Assembly (NCBI GenBank): GCA_951406725.2
Contig: OX597823.1
Coordinates: forward strand, 13,702,001 to 13,766,000
DNA from: Octopus vulgaris
Lineage: Eukaryota
Direction: 5' to 3'
Length of the DNA: 64,000 nt
The position numbers were made by a program, and so were the translations under genes. Positions 1 through 17,392 of the stretch are shown in pieces. Each line of letters opens with the position of its first letter. Position 1 is the stretch's first letter. The notes under the pieces are model-generated. The model worked only from the letters and a program-made list of their open reading frames with translations, was not told where the DNA came from and searched no databases.

Positions 1-284
1 TTTAAAAACAAGCACACTGGAGCCCTACCCTAGAGCCGAAAAGTTACGAAGCAAACCATTTAAACATACACTTATGGCTATTCCCTATTGGAAAGAGCTG
101 AGGAAGCGGTGACATAAACACATACAGACAGTCACCATTCCAAGGGAACGGATACTCGATCGGTTTGAACAAAATATCACACAGACTCGCTTCAGCCTTA
201 AACCTACACGTGCTAACATTTTTCTACACCTAATAAAATAGCATTTGTTTCTCGAAGTTGGTTCATATCGTACCACGTCCAACA

Positions 285-420
285 GATGTATTAGTTTAAC
301 GCTCGGGAAGTGAAAAAAATATTTAAAGTTTCGAGCCTACGCTCTTCCACAGAAAGGAACACAGAAAGAAACAGGGAGAGAGAAATAAAGAATGTGTAGT
401 GGCTAGCGATCTATCCTGAC
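285..420 (-). mobile_element. Short Penelope-type non-autonomous fragment with degenerate hammerhead core
   Basis: Minus strand reads ctgtggaa-gagc-gtag-gctc-gaaac...ttcccgagcgttaaactaatacatctgtt; same family on + at ~39960-40070 and related at 60860-60950. Confidence 0.55.
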
Positions 421-440
421 CAATGCCGATACATTTACAT

Positions 441-730
441 AGTGGTTAGGACAGCGGACTCGCGGTCGTAGGATCGCGGTTTCGATTCCCAGAACGGGCG
501 TTGTGAGTGTTTATTAAGCGAAAACACCTAAAGCTCCACGAGGCTCCGGCAGGGGGTGGTGGCGATCCCTGCTGTACTCTTTCGCCAAAACTTTCTCTCG
601 CTCTTTCTTCTGTTGGCCTGCTCGCTTAGCCAGCGGGGTGGCGTCATTTGAAGGCTAAAACAATGCGAAGCGCATTGTGACCAGCGATATGTAACAACAT
701 CTGATGGCCTGGTCGATCACGGTGATCACG

Positions 731-735
<5 letters not shown>
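441..735 (+). mobile_element. tRNA-derived SINE family A (tail type B), 5' slightly truncated
   Basis: tRNA-like head agtggttagg...gtttcgattccc; 3' tail shared with the 56921-57230 copy; runs into (TA)n. Confidence 0.85.
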
Positions 736-791
<56 letters not shown>

Positions 792-1007
792 ACATGTTGA
801 TTTCCACAAATTTAAGTAAAAGATTAATATCATCACTATCGCTGTTCTTGGACAGTCTGCAAAGAGCTTGTGCACTGCTCATTGCTGCAGATCCAACAAG
901 GAAAAACAAAACTTACAATTTAATCTGCATTATGTAAAGGTTGATAAATTCTCGAGAATAGTAGACTGTGTGTGCACTTGATATATAATTGTTACAGTAA
1001 TACCAGA

Positions 1008-1160
1008 GAAGAAGAAGAAAAAGAAGAAGAAGAAGAAGAAGAAGAAGAAGAAGAAGAAGAAGAAGAAGAAGAAGAAGAAGAAGAAGAAGAAGAAGAAGAA
1101 GAAGAAGAAGAAGAAGAAGAAGAAGAAGAAGAAGAAGAAGAAGAAGAAGAAGAAGAAGAA
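1008..1160. repeat. (GAA)n microsatellite
   Basis: Direct reading; source of the poly-E/F/S ORFs. Confidence 0.98.
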
Positions 1161-1281
1161 AAATCTAAGCAAAAACTGGAGCAACAGAATACCATGATAG
1201 CACGATGGCAAGAAGAACCCTGACATGGCAAATCCTGGGATAAGCTAAACAGAAAATATATAAACAAATAGAAATATATAT

Positions 1282-1513
1282 GGCGGCGAGCTGGCAGAAA
1301 CGTTAGCAGGCCAGGCGAAATGCTTAGTGGTATTTCATCTGTCGCTACGTTATGAGTTCAAATTCCGCCGAGGTCGATTTTGCTTTCATCTCTTTCGGGG
1401 TCGATTAAATAAGTACCAGTTTTGCACTGAGGTCGTTATAAACGAATTAATCCGTTTGTCTGTCGTTGTTTGTCCCCTCTATGTGTAGCCCCTTGTGGGC
1501 AATAAAGAAATAA
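1282..1513 (+). mobile_element. tRNA-derived SINE family B (ggcggcgagctggcagaaacg...)
   Basis: B-box-like gagttcaaattcc; central tttcatc...ggggtcga...aagtaccag motif; approximate TSD agaaaatatat(a/t)aacaaa. Confidence 0.88.
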
Positions 1514-1922
1514 GAAAATATATTAACAAAGTAAAATCCGAACAATGTTTGAGAAGGTAGGACTCTCAGCAGGGACTGAAGGATTTTTATGTGTAGCACA
1601 ATATCAAAGCCTCCTCACCAGAAGCCACCAGAAACCACCAGAAACACATAATGTAGAAAAATACAAGTAACTGCAGAGTATGTGGTGATGGTGAAGAAAT
1701 AGTAGGTCATATTGTCTTTGGCGACCCAATCCTAGCCTGGAAGGAAAATATCCTTAGACATGACTGCGTTGGGACCTATATATATTGGAAGCATCTATGC
1801 AAACACTATGGAATGACAACAGAAAGGAGGTGGTATAGACATACCTCACAAAAGGCCTCAGAAAATGACAAAGCAACCATATTCTGGTATATGCCAATAC
1901 ACAGAGAAATATAGGCTCATAG

Positions 1923-2335
1923 ACTCTTTACTTGTTTCAGTCATTTGACTGTGGCCATGCTGGAGCACCGCCTTTAGTGGAGCAAATCGACCCCAAGGAC
2001 TTATTCTTTGTAAGCCCAGTACTTATTCTATCGGTCTCTTTTGCCGGATCGCTAAGTTACGGGGACATAAACACACCAGCATCGGTGGACAAGCGATGTT
2101 GGGGGGACAAACACAGACATACAAACATGCACACACACACATACACATATGTATATATATATACATATATACGACGAGCTTCTTTCAGCTTCTGTCTACC
2201 AAATCCACTCACAAGGTTTGGGTCGGACCAAGGCTATAGTAGAAGACACTTGCCCAAGCTGGCACGCAGTGGGACTGAACGCGGAACCATTCAGTTGGTA
2301 AGCAAGCTACTTGCCACACAGCCACTCCTGCGCCT
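1923..2335 (-). mobile_element. tRNA-derived SINE family C (ggcgcaggagtggctgtgtgg..., CORE-like, internal microsatellite)
   Basis: Matches full-length + copies at 58987 and 62717; agtaaaag tail. Confidence 0.9.
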
Positions 2336-3037
2336 GCTGGATATAGATGTTAGAGATCATCAGGAAAGAAAAGTGCCTTCTAATCGATGTATCAATCCCA
2401 ACACATGACGATCTATCTCTAGAAGAAACAGAAAAACTCTCATATTGCAAAGATCTGGAAATAGAGATAACTCGAACGTGGAGCCTAAAAACAGAAACAA
2501 TCCCTATAATAATAGGTGCATTAAAAAAGATTAAAAATTATCCAGACAAATGCTTAAACGACACACTAAGGCAGGCAGCTCACCCCCTCTAGACACCTCC
2601 TGCCTACAAGCGCCTATTCCGAGTACGTCTTTTCACACGATCCGTCTTCGCCACGTTCGAGGCAGCACTTCCACGTCCACCCTCCCTTTTCTCCACTTCA
2701 ATAACATCGACAAACATGAGAGCAAAGTTTACAAAAATGAAGATTAGTGATGCGTTAAGGATCGCAGTAAATACATCTGGTATCTATTAATATGCATTAC
2801 ATCGTATTATCTCACTCGAAATATGATTGTTTAAATTAAACACAAGCATATACACACCCACTCAACCACTCACACGTATATATATATATATATATAATTT
2901 AAGGTATCTTAGAGATACCACCACGCTGGAAATAGCAGTCAAAACTTGAATCTAAAACCACATTAAATGTTCATACAGCACCAGGAAAGTAGACAAAGAC
3001 ACAAAATAAACTAGCAAAAAAAAAAAATTACTGGGTA

Positions 3038-3096
3038 ATTCCAGATCCCGGATTTCTGACTCTACATAAGAAATGCTATGTCTTCATCAGTGGAAT
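3038..3096 (-). ncRNA. Type I hammerhead ribozyme motif
   Basis: Minus strand: attcca-CTGATGA-a-gac...gtc-a-GAAA-tc-cgg-ga-TC-tggaat; 6-bp stem I, short stem III, AUC triplet. Confidence 0.7.
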
Positions 3097-3131
3097 ATAC
3101 TCAGAACGCACATAAATACAAATATATATAT

Positions 3132-3211
<80 letters not shown>

Positions 3212-3849
3212 CATAGGAAATACTTACATATACGAACGTATACATACATATATATGCACGTATGCACACCGCCCGTTTAAATTGCCCGCCCAAAAATTAT
3301 ATATATATTTAATAATATATTAATATATATACATACACACACACACACACATACACACACATATGAGTAATAGCGAAGAAGTGAGTAATAGCAAAACAAA
3401 ACGAAACACACTTTGATAAACCAAAAAGCTTTTTTTTTCAAAACAGTTCAACTATGTCCATTAATAAATCAAACAGCAGAATAGAAAACACAATCGACCA
3501 GGTCAGAATTTATAAGGAATTTTGCAATGTAATGATTTTAATGCGAGCTAAATACGGAAGTAATATAATCGAGTGTTTCAGAAATGGCCTCCTTTGAAAA
3601 TATTAAATCCGAACGGAAAGGCTCGTCTCTTATTGCTAGTGTGAAAAGAAAAAAAAAGGGGGGGGGGATGGAAAGAAAGAAAAGAAAAAGAAAAACAATC
3701 AGAATTAAAAGCGAGCTTTACACCAATGAATAATACATTGAAGTGTTACATTCCCTTTATAAATCAACAGAATATCTAACACACATGGGTATTATAAAAC
3801 AGATGTATGAGATGTAGAACTACAAGGTAGAATAAGGCGGTGTGAACGA

Positions 3850-3919
<70 letters not shown>

Positions 3920-3920
<1 letters not shown>

Positions 3921-3930
3921 TAGATAGATT

Positions 3931-3987
<57 letters not shown>
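3920..3987. repeat. (GATA)n, preceded by (TA)n(GA)n
   Basis: Direct reading. Confidence 0.97.
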
Positions 3988-7125
<3,138 letters not shown>

Positions 7126-7196
<71 letters not shown>

Positions 7197-7237
7197 GGAT
7201 GGATGGATGGATGGATGGATGGATGGATGGATGGATG

Positions 7238-7272
<35 letters not shown>

Positions 7273-7313
7273 GGATGGATGGATGGATGGATGGATGGTT
7301 GGATGGATGGATG

Positions 7314-7360
<47 letters not shown>

Positions 7361-7385
7361 GGATGGATGGATGGATGGATGGATG

Positions 7386-7466
<81 letters not shown>

Positions 7467-7551
7467 GTTGGTAGGTAGGTTGGTAGGTAGGTAGGTATGT
7501 ATGTAGGTAGGTAGGTATGTAGGTAGGTAGGTAGGTAAGTAGGTAGGTAAG

Positions 7552-7632
<81 letters not shown>
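7126..7632. repeat. Compound (GATA)n/(GATG)n/(GTAG)n tetranucleotide array
   Basis: Direct reading. Confidence 0.97.
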
Positions 7633-7633
<1 letters not shown>

Positions 7634-7793
7634 TAAATCTCTGGCAAGTTTATAATAAACAATAACGAAATCTGCAAATTGAAACAGTATAACTCACCAA
7701 AAATAAACATAGAACAAAATCGTAGTTGGTTACACATCCAAAAGATAACAACACGAAACAGATCGATGAAAAGCATCGCACTTGCAGCAAGAG

Positions 7794-7825
<32 letters not shown>

Positions 7826-8282
7826 GAGGAGGAGGAGGAGATAGACGACGACGATGACGAGGAGAATAAGGAGGAGTAAGAGGAGGAGGAGTTGGAGGGG
7901 GATGACGACGACGACGATGTGGTGGTGGTTATCATAATTATGATGATGAATATGATGCTGGTGATGCTGGTGCTGATGATGACGGTGATGATGATGATGA
8001 TGATTTGAGAGAGATGGTAATGGTGGGTGTAATTATTACGATGATGCTATGGAAATATTGAGGATCACGAGTGAGGGGATGGTCATGACGGGATTGTTTG
8101 GAAAGCCAGTTATAATTGTAATGGGACTAATGGTGATGGCGGTGGCAAAGATTTTTTGATGGTGTTAGGAAGGTAGTGATGGTGATGGTGATGATGGTCG
8201 TAGTGTTGGTGGGAGGTAATTGGTGTTTTGTGTAAGGATACAAGAGGACAGAAGAAGAGAAAAGAAGAGAAAATGATGATGG

Positions 8283-8337
<55 letters not shown>

Positions 8338-8422
8338 GAAGAAGAAGAAGAAGAAGAAGAAGAAGAAGAAGAAGAAGAAGAAGAAGAAGAAGAAGAAGAA
8401 GAAGAAAAAAGAAGAAGAAGAA
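7794..8422. repeat. Degenerate (GAT)n/(GAG)n/(GAA)n trinucleotide repeats
   Basis: Direct reading. Confidence 0.9.
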
Positions 8423-10289
8423 GATATGGTCGATTTGTGTTTTGTTGCCGAAATAAGGGAGAAGCTCGAATCCCAGCGTGGCAATGCCTACGGTGTAATG
8501 GTTTTTAACGGATACCCGACCATAAAATAGTTTGAAGGAGATTATTTACCACAATAACAGGAATGTGTTTTGTTACTGATTTGGGGATGACTATTACAAA
8601 CATGAACATATCTTGATAGTAGGACTTAGCAGAAAACACGACGATATTGTTCCTTAATAAAAACAATGCGAGATAATACATGCAGCTTTGCAAAGTGTTT
8701 CCAACGTGCTGCCATACCGTTTAGATGAAACGAATACTAAATTCAATAAATCAATTACGACCGTAACCAAAGCTATTAAACGGACTATTGGTATGACAGC
8801 AAAGTTGTTTCATGTGGAAGGAGTTAAACGGAATTAATCATAGGTTACATGACTAGAATCACAGTAGTGTCAATTCTCAGAACGCCGTCACGTCTTCCCA
8901 AATTTATCGAGATTATGCCAGCGTTTTTACAAAAACTAAAACACTAAAAAAATATTGAAAATTTCTTATTAGAGATTACAGCTTGTAAGGGAAAGAATAA
9001 TTGCAGGGAGAATTTCAGAGCAGCCGATTGTCAGAAGAACAATTAGAATGTGTAGATATAGAAAAAAGGAATTAGAGTTTCATAGGGAATTCGTATTCTT
9101 TCAAAGCTTATGACGATAACTACAGGTTGTAAACTGTTTAACATTTGAGGAATTATAAATAAACAAGCAGCGGTTAGATAAATTACTATTAGGAAAAAAA
9201 TTATGCTAAGAAAAACTAGCTTCAGAAAATATAACGTTTAAATGCTGCAAATTAATGAGTAACATTTTGTTTATTGAAGGTGAAAATGATCTCTAGCGCA
9301 AAATGAATGTTACAAAGCAGTCAAGTGATTTGAGAACAAATAATTTATTGTGAGCGCATAATGGAGGGAATATCAGATCAGGTTTATTACGGATGGATAG
9401 AAGAGCTTAGAAGTTGGAAACAAATGAAAATTCTCGAATGCAGTAGAGACTCCTTAGAAACGGAAATCTTGATCTGTATAAGATTTTGGTGAGTGAAAGT
9501 AAGCTCTGCTTGAAAATCAATGACACTGTATCGTTATACTTAATCCCATACCAGACTGGAATGGTTAGTTTTTTTGTTTTGTTTTTTTATAGTGGAAAAC
9601 GCGAATATAAAGGATAAATAATTATAGATCATCCTTTTGCTGAAGCTGTTCAAATGATGTTTTTTCTTTTCTTATAAGTTAAAAAGGGATTTCAGGGATC
9701 ATGGTAATCACGATGTTATATGGGAAAGAGTTACACGATACTTCGTATTGAAAGCCAACTGTTGCTAATTGTTAATCCTATAAAATTGTTATACATAATG
9801 AAGTTTAAATCTACTGATCAAAGGTTTTATGTGAAAACTTTATTTGACTAGTAAAAAAAAAGTCATTTGTTGTCACATCAATGGTTAATATGGACAAAAA
9901 AGAGATCAGATGTACTAAAGCATGATGGATAGAGCGAAGTGTTTCTTGAGATATTTCAAAGGGATTTCTGCTTGAGAAGGGTTTAGGCTCTGGTAAGGTA
10001 TTATTTCAGCAAAAACGGATTATTGTTCTCTTTGAAGGAAAAATTGGTTTTTGAGCATGGAAGCTCCTTATAAAGAAAGTGTATTCCGAGGACACACATT
10101 TTGTCATTGATAACTCTTGATAGAAATCCAAACCAGTTTAGATACTTGGTCAATGACTTTACAGGATAGTCATAGATGTGATAACCTCAAGATGCTATCC
10201 AGATTAAGAAAATACAATGGAATAAACCAAAAACAGAGACTTGCTACACGTAAATAATTGAATAGTTTAATACTGAAGAATATGTATAT

Positions 10290-10331
<42 letters not shown>

Positions 10332-10401
10332 CAGTATTAAATTATTTGCACACGTATATAAACTAATGTATGTATGTACGTATGAATGTATGTATGTATG
10401 C

Positions 10402-10442
<41 letters not shown>

Positions 10443-10446
<4 letters not shown>

Positions 10447-10701
10447 CAACTAATAAGGGTGAGAAAATTGGATACTAATTTAATAGTATCATCAATTTAA
10501 CACCAAGTGGCTTAGTGCATAAAAACACGGAATACAATAAATTTTATATGTAAATATAAGAATTAATCTGCATTTTTGTTATTTTTATTTGCCCTGTTTG
10601 TTTACGCTAATAGTTGTGCTAACTTTCATCGGAAACAATTCTTCGTGGCTGAAACCCTAGCGGATCTATTTTTAGTGCTAGAGTAGACCATATAGTGGTC
10701 A

Positions 10702-10706
<5 letters not shown>
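10443..10706. mobile_element. Rearranged copy of the hammerhead-bearing element family at 61687-62389
   Basis: 10565-10706 matches 61700-61840 in the same orientation; 10443-10520 matches 61910-61985 inverted; flanked by (TA)n. Confidence 0.7.
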
Positions 10707-10764
<58 letters not shown>

Positions 10765-10789
10765 CATGTATTTTTTATATATAAAAAAT

Positions 10790-11280
10790 ACAAAAATGGG
10801 ACAAGGACGCAAAACATCCAGACAGTTAGGTTATAAAAAAAAGGGACAACAAAACATCCAGAAAGACGATACAAAGAAAATAAGGACGGGTCATTCGGAG
10901 TTCTCTATTCTCAGTCGAGTTCCAGATCAATTTTGCAATTTCTGCTGGTTATACTCAAGATTGCTCCAATCTGGCCAGCCCCAAGGAAAAACTATGCTAA
11001 GAGCATTAGACTTCTTGGAAGAAAACAGCGAATGTATAGGAAAACAAGGACGGAAAATGCTATACAAATGCAAATAACAGGATATAACTACAGGTATCTT
11101 TCGACTAAGGACGATTTAAATTAAGCTGGCGTGTGTGGAAGTAAAGCCTTACGGCAGGGACATAGGATTAGATAGGAACAGGGAGAAATATAGATGTTGC
11201 ACGGATAGTAGTCGAACCAAGAAAGAAAGGTCAGGCTTGGCCGAACAACGGTCACGTGGGAAGAGATGAGAGAGAGGTAG
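10790..11280. repeat. Unclassified ~500-bp interspersed repeat abutting (TA)n
   Basis: Inverted diverged copy at 22960-23430 (shared ttgctccaatctggccagccccaagg, gacgggtcattcg). Confidence 0.75.
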
Positions 11281-11437
11281 AGGCAGATGTGTGTGTATAT
11301 ATATGTGAGTGTGTGTGTGTGAGTGTGTGTTACTCAATTGCAATCACAATTAAAATGTAATCCAGCAAAATTATAATTTAACATGAAATCAAATTCTGAT
11401 CAGGTGGGTAGATATTAGAGAAATTCCATATACATAA

Positions 11438-11711
11438 GGCGGAATTTGAACTCGGAACGTAGCGGCAGACGAAATACCTATTTCTTTACTACCCACAAGG
11501 GACTAAACACAGAAAGGACAAACAAGGACAGACAAACGGGTTAAGTCGATTATATCGACCCCAGTGGGTAACTGGTACTTAATTTACCGACCCTGAAAGG
11601 ATGAAAGGCAAAGTCGACCTCGGCGGAATTTGAACTCAGAACGTAACGGCAGACGAAATACCTCTAAGCATTTCGCCCGGCGTGCTAGCATTTCTGCCAG
11701 CTCGCTGCCTT
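11438..11711 (-). mobile_element. SINE family B (partial dimer)
   Basis: Reverse complement of family B consensus. Confidence 0.85.
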
Positions 11712-13266
11712 GTCGAAAGCGTATATTATAAATAGAAAGTCGTACTCACTCAACTGAGTTTGAGACAGGAACTTATTTTATTAGTATAGCACCATTATGG
11801 ACTGTCGAGCATAGTATATGATTTTATAAAAACTGTAGCATATTTCGATAATTAAATTTTTGAGGGGAACGGTATAAACAGTAACTTTTCAAGTCAGTAT
11901 CGGTGCTGGGCACCCGACAATTCCCTTGAGAAGATTAATAGCAAGACAGGGTTTCGTTTGCTTTCAATACAAATCTTTCTGGCAAATATTGGTTTCTTTA
12001 CATTCAGCACAAAGATTGACCTGCTATTTAGCAGAGGCATAAATAGGAATATTGCAATGTGTATACATTATCCAAAGTTATGATTGGTTTCTATGTGAAC
12101 TGACATTGTTTTAGCCAGAGATTGAAATCACAGTTCCATCGTGTCAGATAATTACCAACCGCTTTGTTGCATTCGCAAAAATAGAAATTGATACAGAAAG
12201 AAAGAATTTAAGAATTGCTCTTAATTTAAATTTACAATTTGTTCATCTGTAGGGCTTCTAATAGGACCACAATCATTTCTAACCTCTTTCTAATGTTATA
12301 ATTGAGATTCAATATGCAGTTTTAGTTATCCATTACTCAAGTTCCTCTTCTGATAATATTTTAATTTGCATTTCAATCTGGTAGAATAAACGAAAGTTAC
12401 CAATTCATTGATAGGAATCCTTTCTTTGTTACGTTTTCCTAATTGATACACCTGAAACAGTTCGCAGAGTATATGACTTTTGACATAGAAAAGAAAACCT
12501 AGAAAATCTTCATTTGAATAACCATTGTGGGAATTCTTAGAGACAATATCCTTCTATGCAGAAAATTATATGATGAAAGGTTATATACAACCATGCAGGG
12601 TTGTACGAAGATTTCAGATGTAGGAATCAGGAGAAACTTATATGATAAGTCAGAATTGCAGGAATCAAAGGATCAGATACGAATATAGCATGAAAGGGAA
12701 TGTAAAAGAAGCCATATTCGAAGTAAAAGTTTTAGAGTTTGGAAACTGAAAGATGAAATCAACGCTGAAAGACAGAATCAAGTTTTGTGTTATATTTGGA
12801 GAGGAAGGCAACCATTCTGTTTTTCAGACCAGGCATAATTATGATGAATCAGTGTTTATATCTTCCTCAGAGTCACGAGTGTTCTATGTGAATCAAATTT
12901 GTTTTAAAGAGAAGTCGAAACCAAGTTGAGCAAAATGCGCCTTAAAAGCTACACATATTTTCATAGAATCAAGGAGTACTCTCTCATCCCAGTTCCTCAG
13001 ATAGAAAACTGTAATTTTCTTATTCCATTGCTCCCCTACCACAAGGTCCTAGAATGGTTACCCTTATTTCGTGCTTTAGAAAGTGTATTTTAACTATTAC
13101 AAGCCAGCCTTCATATTTCGGCCCTACTTCCTTCCCTAATTATTGTTTCTAATTTGTTCATTACCTTCCCACTCTACTGTATTTTTCTTAATCCTTATTT
13201 ACTAAACATTATCGACCATTCAGAGCACCCCACTAGTGGCTATCGACAATATTCTGGTCATCAAGA

Positions 13267-13664
13267 CGGCGAGCTGGCAGAAACGTTAGCACGCGGGGCG
13301 AAATGCGTAGCCGTATTTCGTCTGCCGTTACGTTCTGAGTTCAAATTCCGCCGAGGTCGACTTTGCCTTTCATCCTTTCGGGGTCGATTAAATAAGTACC
13401 AGTTACGCACTGGGGTCGGTGTAATCGACTTAATCCGTTTTTCTGTCCTTGTTTGTCCCCTCTATGTTTAGCCCCTTGTGGGTAGTAAAGAAATAGGTAT
13501 TTCGTCTGTCTTTATGTTCTGAGTTCAAATTCCGCCGGTGTCGACTTTGCCTTTCATCATTTCGGGGTCGATAAATTAAGTACCAGTTACGTATTGCGAT
13601 CGATCTAATCGACTAGTTCACCTCCCAAAAAATTTCTGGCCTTGAGCCTAGAGTAGAAAAGAAC
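13267..13664 (+). mobile_element. SINE family B dimeric form
   Basis: Head, central domain, LINE-like tail, second central domain, ggccttg...agagtagaaaag end. Confidence 0.88.
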
Positions 13665-14259
13665 ATTCTGCTCAACAGCTACCTAAATAATTCATTATTC
13701 CGGACGCTGTAGGCATCTTGCGAGTAAAGAAGTATGAAGACTACAGTAGAGGGTTACTTTTTATGAGTTATTTCTTACTCGATAGTTGAGAACACACTTT
13801 GTGGGTTCTGTTAGCGATGGGTTGGAATTGTTGATACCTTAACATCGACCTAACAAGTACTTTATCACCAGATGGTGGATGTTTTTTGTCGATATCAGCG
13901 CATTTGGGAAAACCAGTGGGTATCTGTTATTTGGAAATGTGCAAAACGTTTTTATAAAACCTCTCATATTAACATATCCACACAGTTGAAACATGCGTTT
14001 AAAATGCCATTTCAGTCTCCCACTGGCGCTAAAGAGCCGGACGTTCTCAAGCATCGTTGTTGGCGCTTGAAGGCATCCAATCGCCAGTCTCGGATGAAGC
14101 ATAGTGGGCCACTAGTCTAAAATCACTGCCCATTTCCAGAGACTTACCCCCTCGACCTCAGTATATCGTTTGTACTTCGAGGCCCAAACGATTTGGGAAA
14201 CAACACGACCATCCTGCACCCTTAGCTCAGGAGATACGTACAAATCCGAATTATTGAAG

Positions 14260-14600
14260 ATTAGCCTCCTTACGAGAGCTCAAAATCTCTCGTGGAAGCG
14301 CCATCCAACCAAAACGCAAATATATGGGAAACTACCACCTGTGTCATCTCTTGTGAAAGGTAGAGAGTCCAGTTTGCTGGACATTGTTGTAGAGCTGAAA
14401 AAGAAGTAATTTCTACTCTTCTCCTCTGGAAGCCATCTACTCGCAATACCAGAGGGCACACACTCTCCTACCCTGATGTAATCTCCAGGGATACAGGCAT
14501 CCAGCAACAGGACCTCCGTAATGCCATGATGGACCGTGAAGTCTGGCGTAGCATGGTAAATTCCATTGTCTCGACCACGGTCGAACAATGATGATGATGA
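14260..14600 (+). mobile_element. RTE-like LINE 3' end
   Basis: LLTRAQNLSWKRHPTKTQIYGKLPPVS, then (frameshift) QFAGHCCRAEKEVISTLLLWKP...MMDREVWR; (TGA)n tail. Confidence 0.8.
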
Positions 14601-14699
14601 AGAGCTTTAATATCGCACCTGTCACGGGAGCTACGGTCTCACTGATGACTACAATATTCATATCAAGTAACCTGCAGTCATTGGGCAATTTACCTTTTT

Positions 14700-15400
14700 T
14701 CCGAATTGATCCCTGCTTGCCTGCTACTACAATGATACGCTCTTTCAACTCTCCTATTACTGTCCTTTCTATTTGACTAAGTATCTTTTCTGGAGGGAAG
14801 ATTTGCATCTTGAGCTTCCTAATTTGTTTGTTTTCCAGGCTTCTATTCTACTGTCTTCAACTTTTGTCATTTCCTTTTCCACATTTGCTCTTTTTTCATC
14901 TTTCTTTGTGAGATATCTAATCTTTCTCCTGACTTCTACCCCTTCTGCATAGATGAATAAGTTAACATCTTCTATATTTTTACTATCTATCCTACTGATA
15001 ACAGAATCTACTTTCCTAGACATTTCTAGCAGTTTCTTTCTATTATTAGTGCCTCTTACTGCTGGCAATCTATTTCTCACTTTTTACTAATTATTTCCTG
15101 CAACTTCTCTAAAATCTTCTGATCTTCCTCACTTAAACCACTTAAGTCGTTGGTGCTAGTTGTCCCTTTCTTATTGGTAGTTCAATTATTATTATTTTTT
15201 TTCCTTTAGGTTCTTCTTTGGTTTGAGCTGTATCTCTTATGCAGTTGTTTGCCTTTCCTACTGCCTGATCTTTCTTCTCCAGTTCTCTTGTCATCTCTTC
15301 TGCTTCCAATTTTCTGCCGTCTACATTCTTCTCCTAATAGCATTACCTTGATCAACTAATCCCTGCTCAATCACTTTAAACATACTCAAAGTGTGAACCA
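14700..15400 (-). mobile_element. Decayed R4/Dong-type retrotransposon N-terminal region
   Basis: RLPAVRG...KKL...I...NLFIYAEG...(MWKRK)...IGELKERI pattern resembles R4/Dong ORF N-terminal regions. Confidence 0.6.
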
Positions 15401-15414
15401 TCCGTTTTCTATAC

Positions 15415-15642
15415 ACTCTTTACTCTTTTACTCTTTTACTTGTTTCAGTCATTTTGACTGCGGCCATGATGGAGCACCGCCTTTGATCGAGCAACTCGAC
15501 CCTGGGACTTATTCTTTTGTATGCCCAGTACTTATTCTATCGGTCTCTTTTGCCGAACCGCTAAGTAACGGGGACGTAAACACACTAGCATCGGTTGTCA
15601 ATCAATGCTAGGGGGACAAACACAGACACACAAACATACACG

Positions 15643-15720
<78 letters not shown>

Positions 15721-15886
15721 TACGACGGGCTTCTTTCAGTTTCCGTCTACCAAATCCATTCACAAGGCATTGGTCGGCCCGGGGCTATAGCAGAAGACAC
15801 TTGCCCAAGGTGCCACGCATTGGGACTGAACCCGGAACCATGTGGTTGGTTAGCAAGCTACTTACCACACAGCCACTCCTGCGCCT
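15415..15886 (-). mobile_element. SINE family C, full length
   Basis: Complete head-to-tail match; approximate TSD cgtttt(t)cta. Confidence 0.9.
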
Positions 15887-16142
15887 TCGTTTTTCTAAGT
15901 AGCACTGCATCACTATCCTGTGTCCTGTTTTCTTCGCTGGTCCACTTCATCATCTTTACTCTATTGTTTGCTGATGATGTATTAGGATAACAGCTGTGTT
16001 CAGTCTGCATCTTCACTGAACCACTGCCCAACGAGAGGCCTTCTCTCAAAGGTCCAGCTTCATTTTCGCCACTACAACCAGAGTTTCTTAGGAAATTCCT
16101 CTCTCATAAACTGACGTAAAGTAACGTTCGTCTCGATCGTTA

Positions 16143-16178
16143 CTATTATTATTATTATTATTATTTGTTGTTGTTGTT

Positions 16179-16252
<74 letters not shown>

Positions 16253-16314
16253 GGTGGCGGTGGTGGTGGTGGTGGTGGTGGTGGTGGTGGTGGTGGTGGT
16301 GGTGGTAGTAGTAA

Positions 16315-16376
<62 letters not shown>

Positions 16377-16401
16377 ATAGTAGTGTTATTGTTATTGTTA
16401 T

Positions 16402-16432
<31 letters not shown>

Positions 16433-16482
16433 AAGAAGAAGAAGAAGAAGAAGAAGAAGAAGAAAAAGAAGAAGAAGAAGAA
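16143..16482. repeat. Compound (ATT)/(GTA)/(GTG)/(AGA)n microsatellite
   Basis: Direct reading. Confidence 0.97.
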
Positions 16483-16806
16483 AAGTTTCTAATTTGGCAA
16501 AAGGTTAAACAATTTTGAGAGTAGAGTCGTTCACGATAACATCTACTTCAGTAGTTTGACCTACATTTTTATTATCGACCTCATAAGATTGAAGTGACCG
16601 CAAAGAGCTGGAACATATGCTGGAAGTCTTTTTGTCCGAATTACTAAATATTCTGTGAAATAATAATGAGCGTTAACCCAAGGCGAGACCACAAACACTG
16701 ATGGTGTATCTGAGAATCCCACTATTTTAAGAGTATCGTTGATTTTGTTAAAAAACACAAGAATAAAATGGCACCAATTTGCTGATGGCCCTACAATGCA
16801 AATATC

Positions 16807-17392
16807 TATTTCTTTACTACCCACAAGGAGCTAAACACAGAGAGAACAAACAAGGACAGACAAACGTAACAGGTACTTAATTTATCAACCCCGAAAGGAT
16901 GATAGGCAAAGTCAACCTCGGCGGAATTTGCACTCAGAGCGTAAAGACACACGAAATAGCTATTTCTTTACTACCCACAAGGGGCTAAACACAGGGGAGA
17001 CAAACAAGGACAGACAAACAAGGACAGACAAACGGATTAAGTCGATTATATCGATACCAGTGTGTAACTGGTACTTAATTTATCCACCCCGAAAGTATGA
17101 AAAGCAAAGTCGACCTCGGCGGAATTTGAACTCAGAAGGTAACGGCAGACGAAGTACCTATTTCTTTACTACCCACAAGGGGGTAAACACAGAGGGGGGA
17201 CAAACAAGCACAGACAAACGGATTAAGTCGATTACATCGACTCCAGTGCATAACTGGTACTTATTTAATCGACCCCGAAAGGATGTAAGGCAAAGTGAAC
17301 CTCGGCGGAATTTGAAGTCAGAACGTAACGGCAGACGAAATACCGTAAGGCATTTCGCCCGGCGTGCTTAAAATTCTGCCAGCTCGTCGCCT
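16807..17392 (-). mobile_element. SINE family B multimer (one head, about three body-tail units)
   Basis: Three tandem tatttctttactacccacaagg units. Confidence 0.85.

Larger units (their letters stand above)
1161..2560 (+). mobile_element. Decayed R4/Dong-type non-LTR retrotransposon C-terminus (zinc knuckle + RLE endonuclease), interrupted by two SINEs
   Basis: Fragments WQEEP*HGK, TEGFLCVAQ, CRVCGDGEEIVGHI, RHD, WYRH...ENDKATIFW, then CLLIDVSIP...EKL...DLEIEITRTW...IPIIIGAL; stops and frameshifts. Confidence 0.8.

Noticed and set aside
8430-10170. Possible decayed coding or transposon sequence
   Set aside because: No motif or sustained reading frame recognised; left unannotated.
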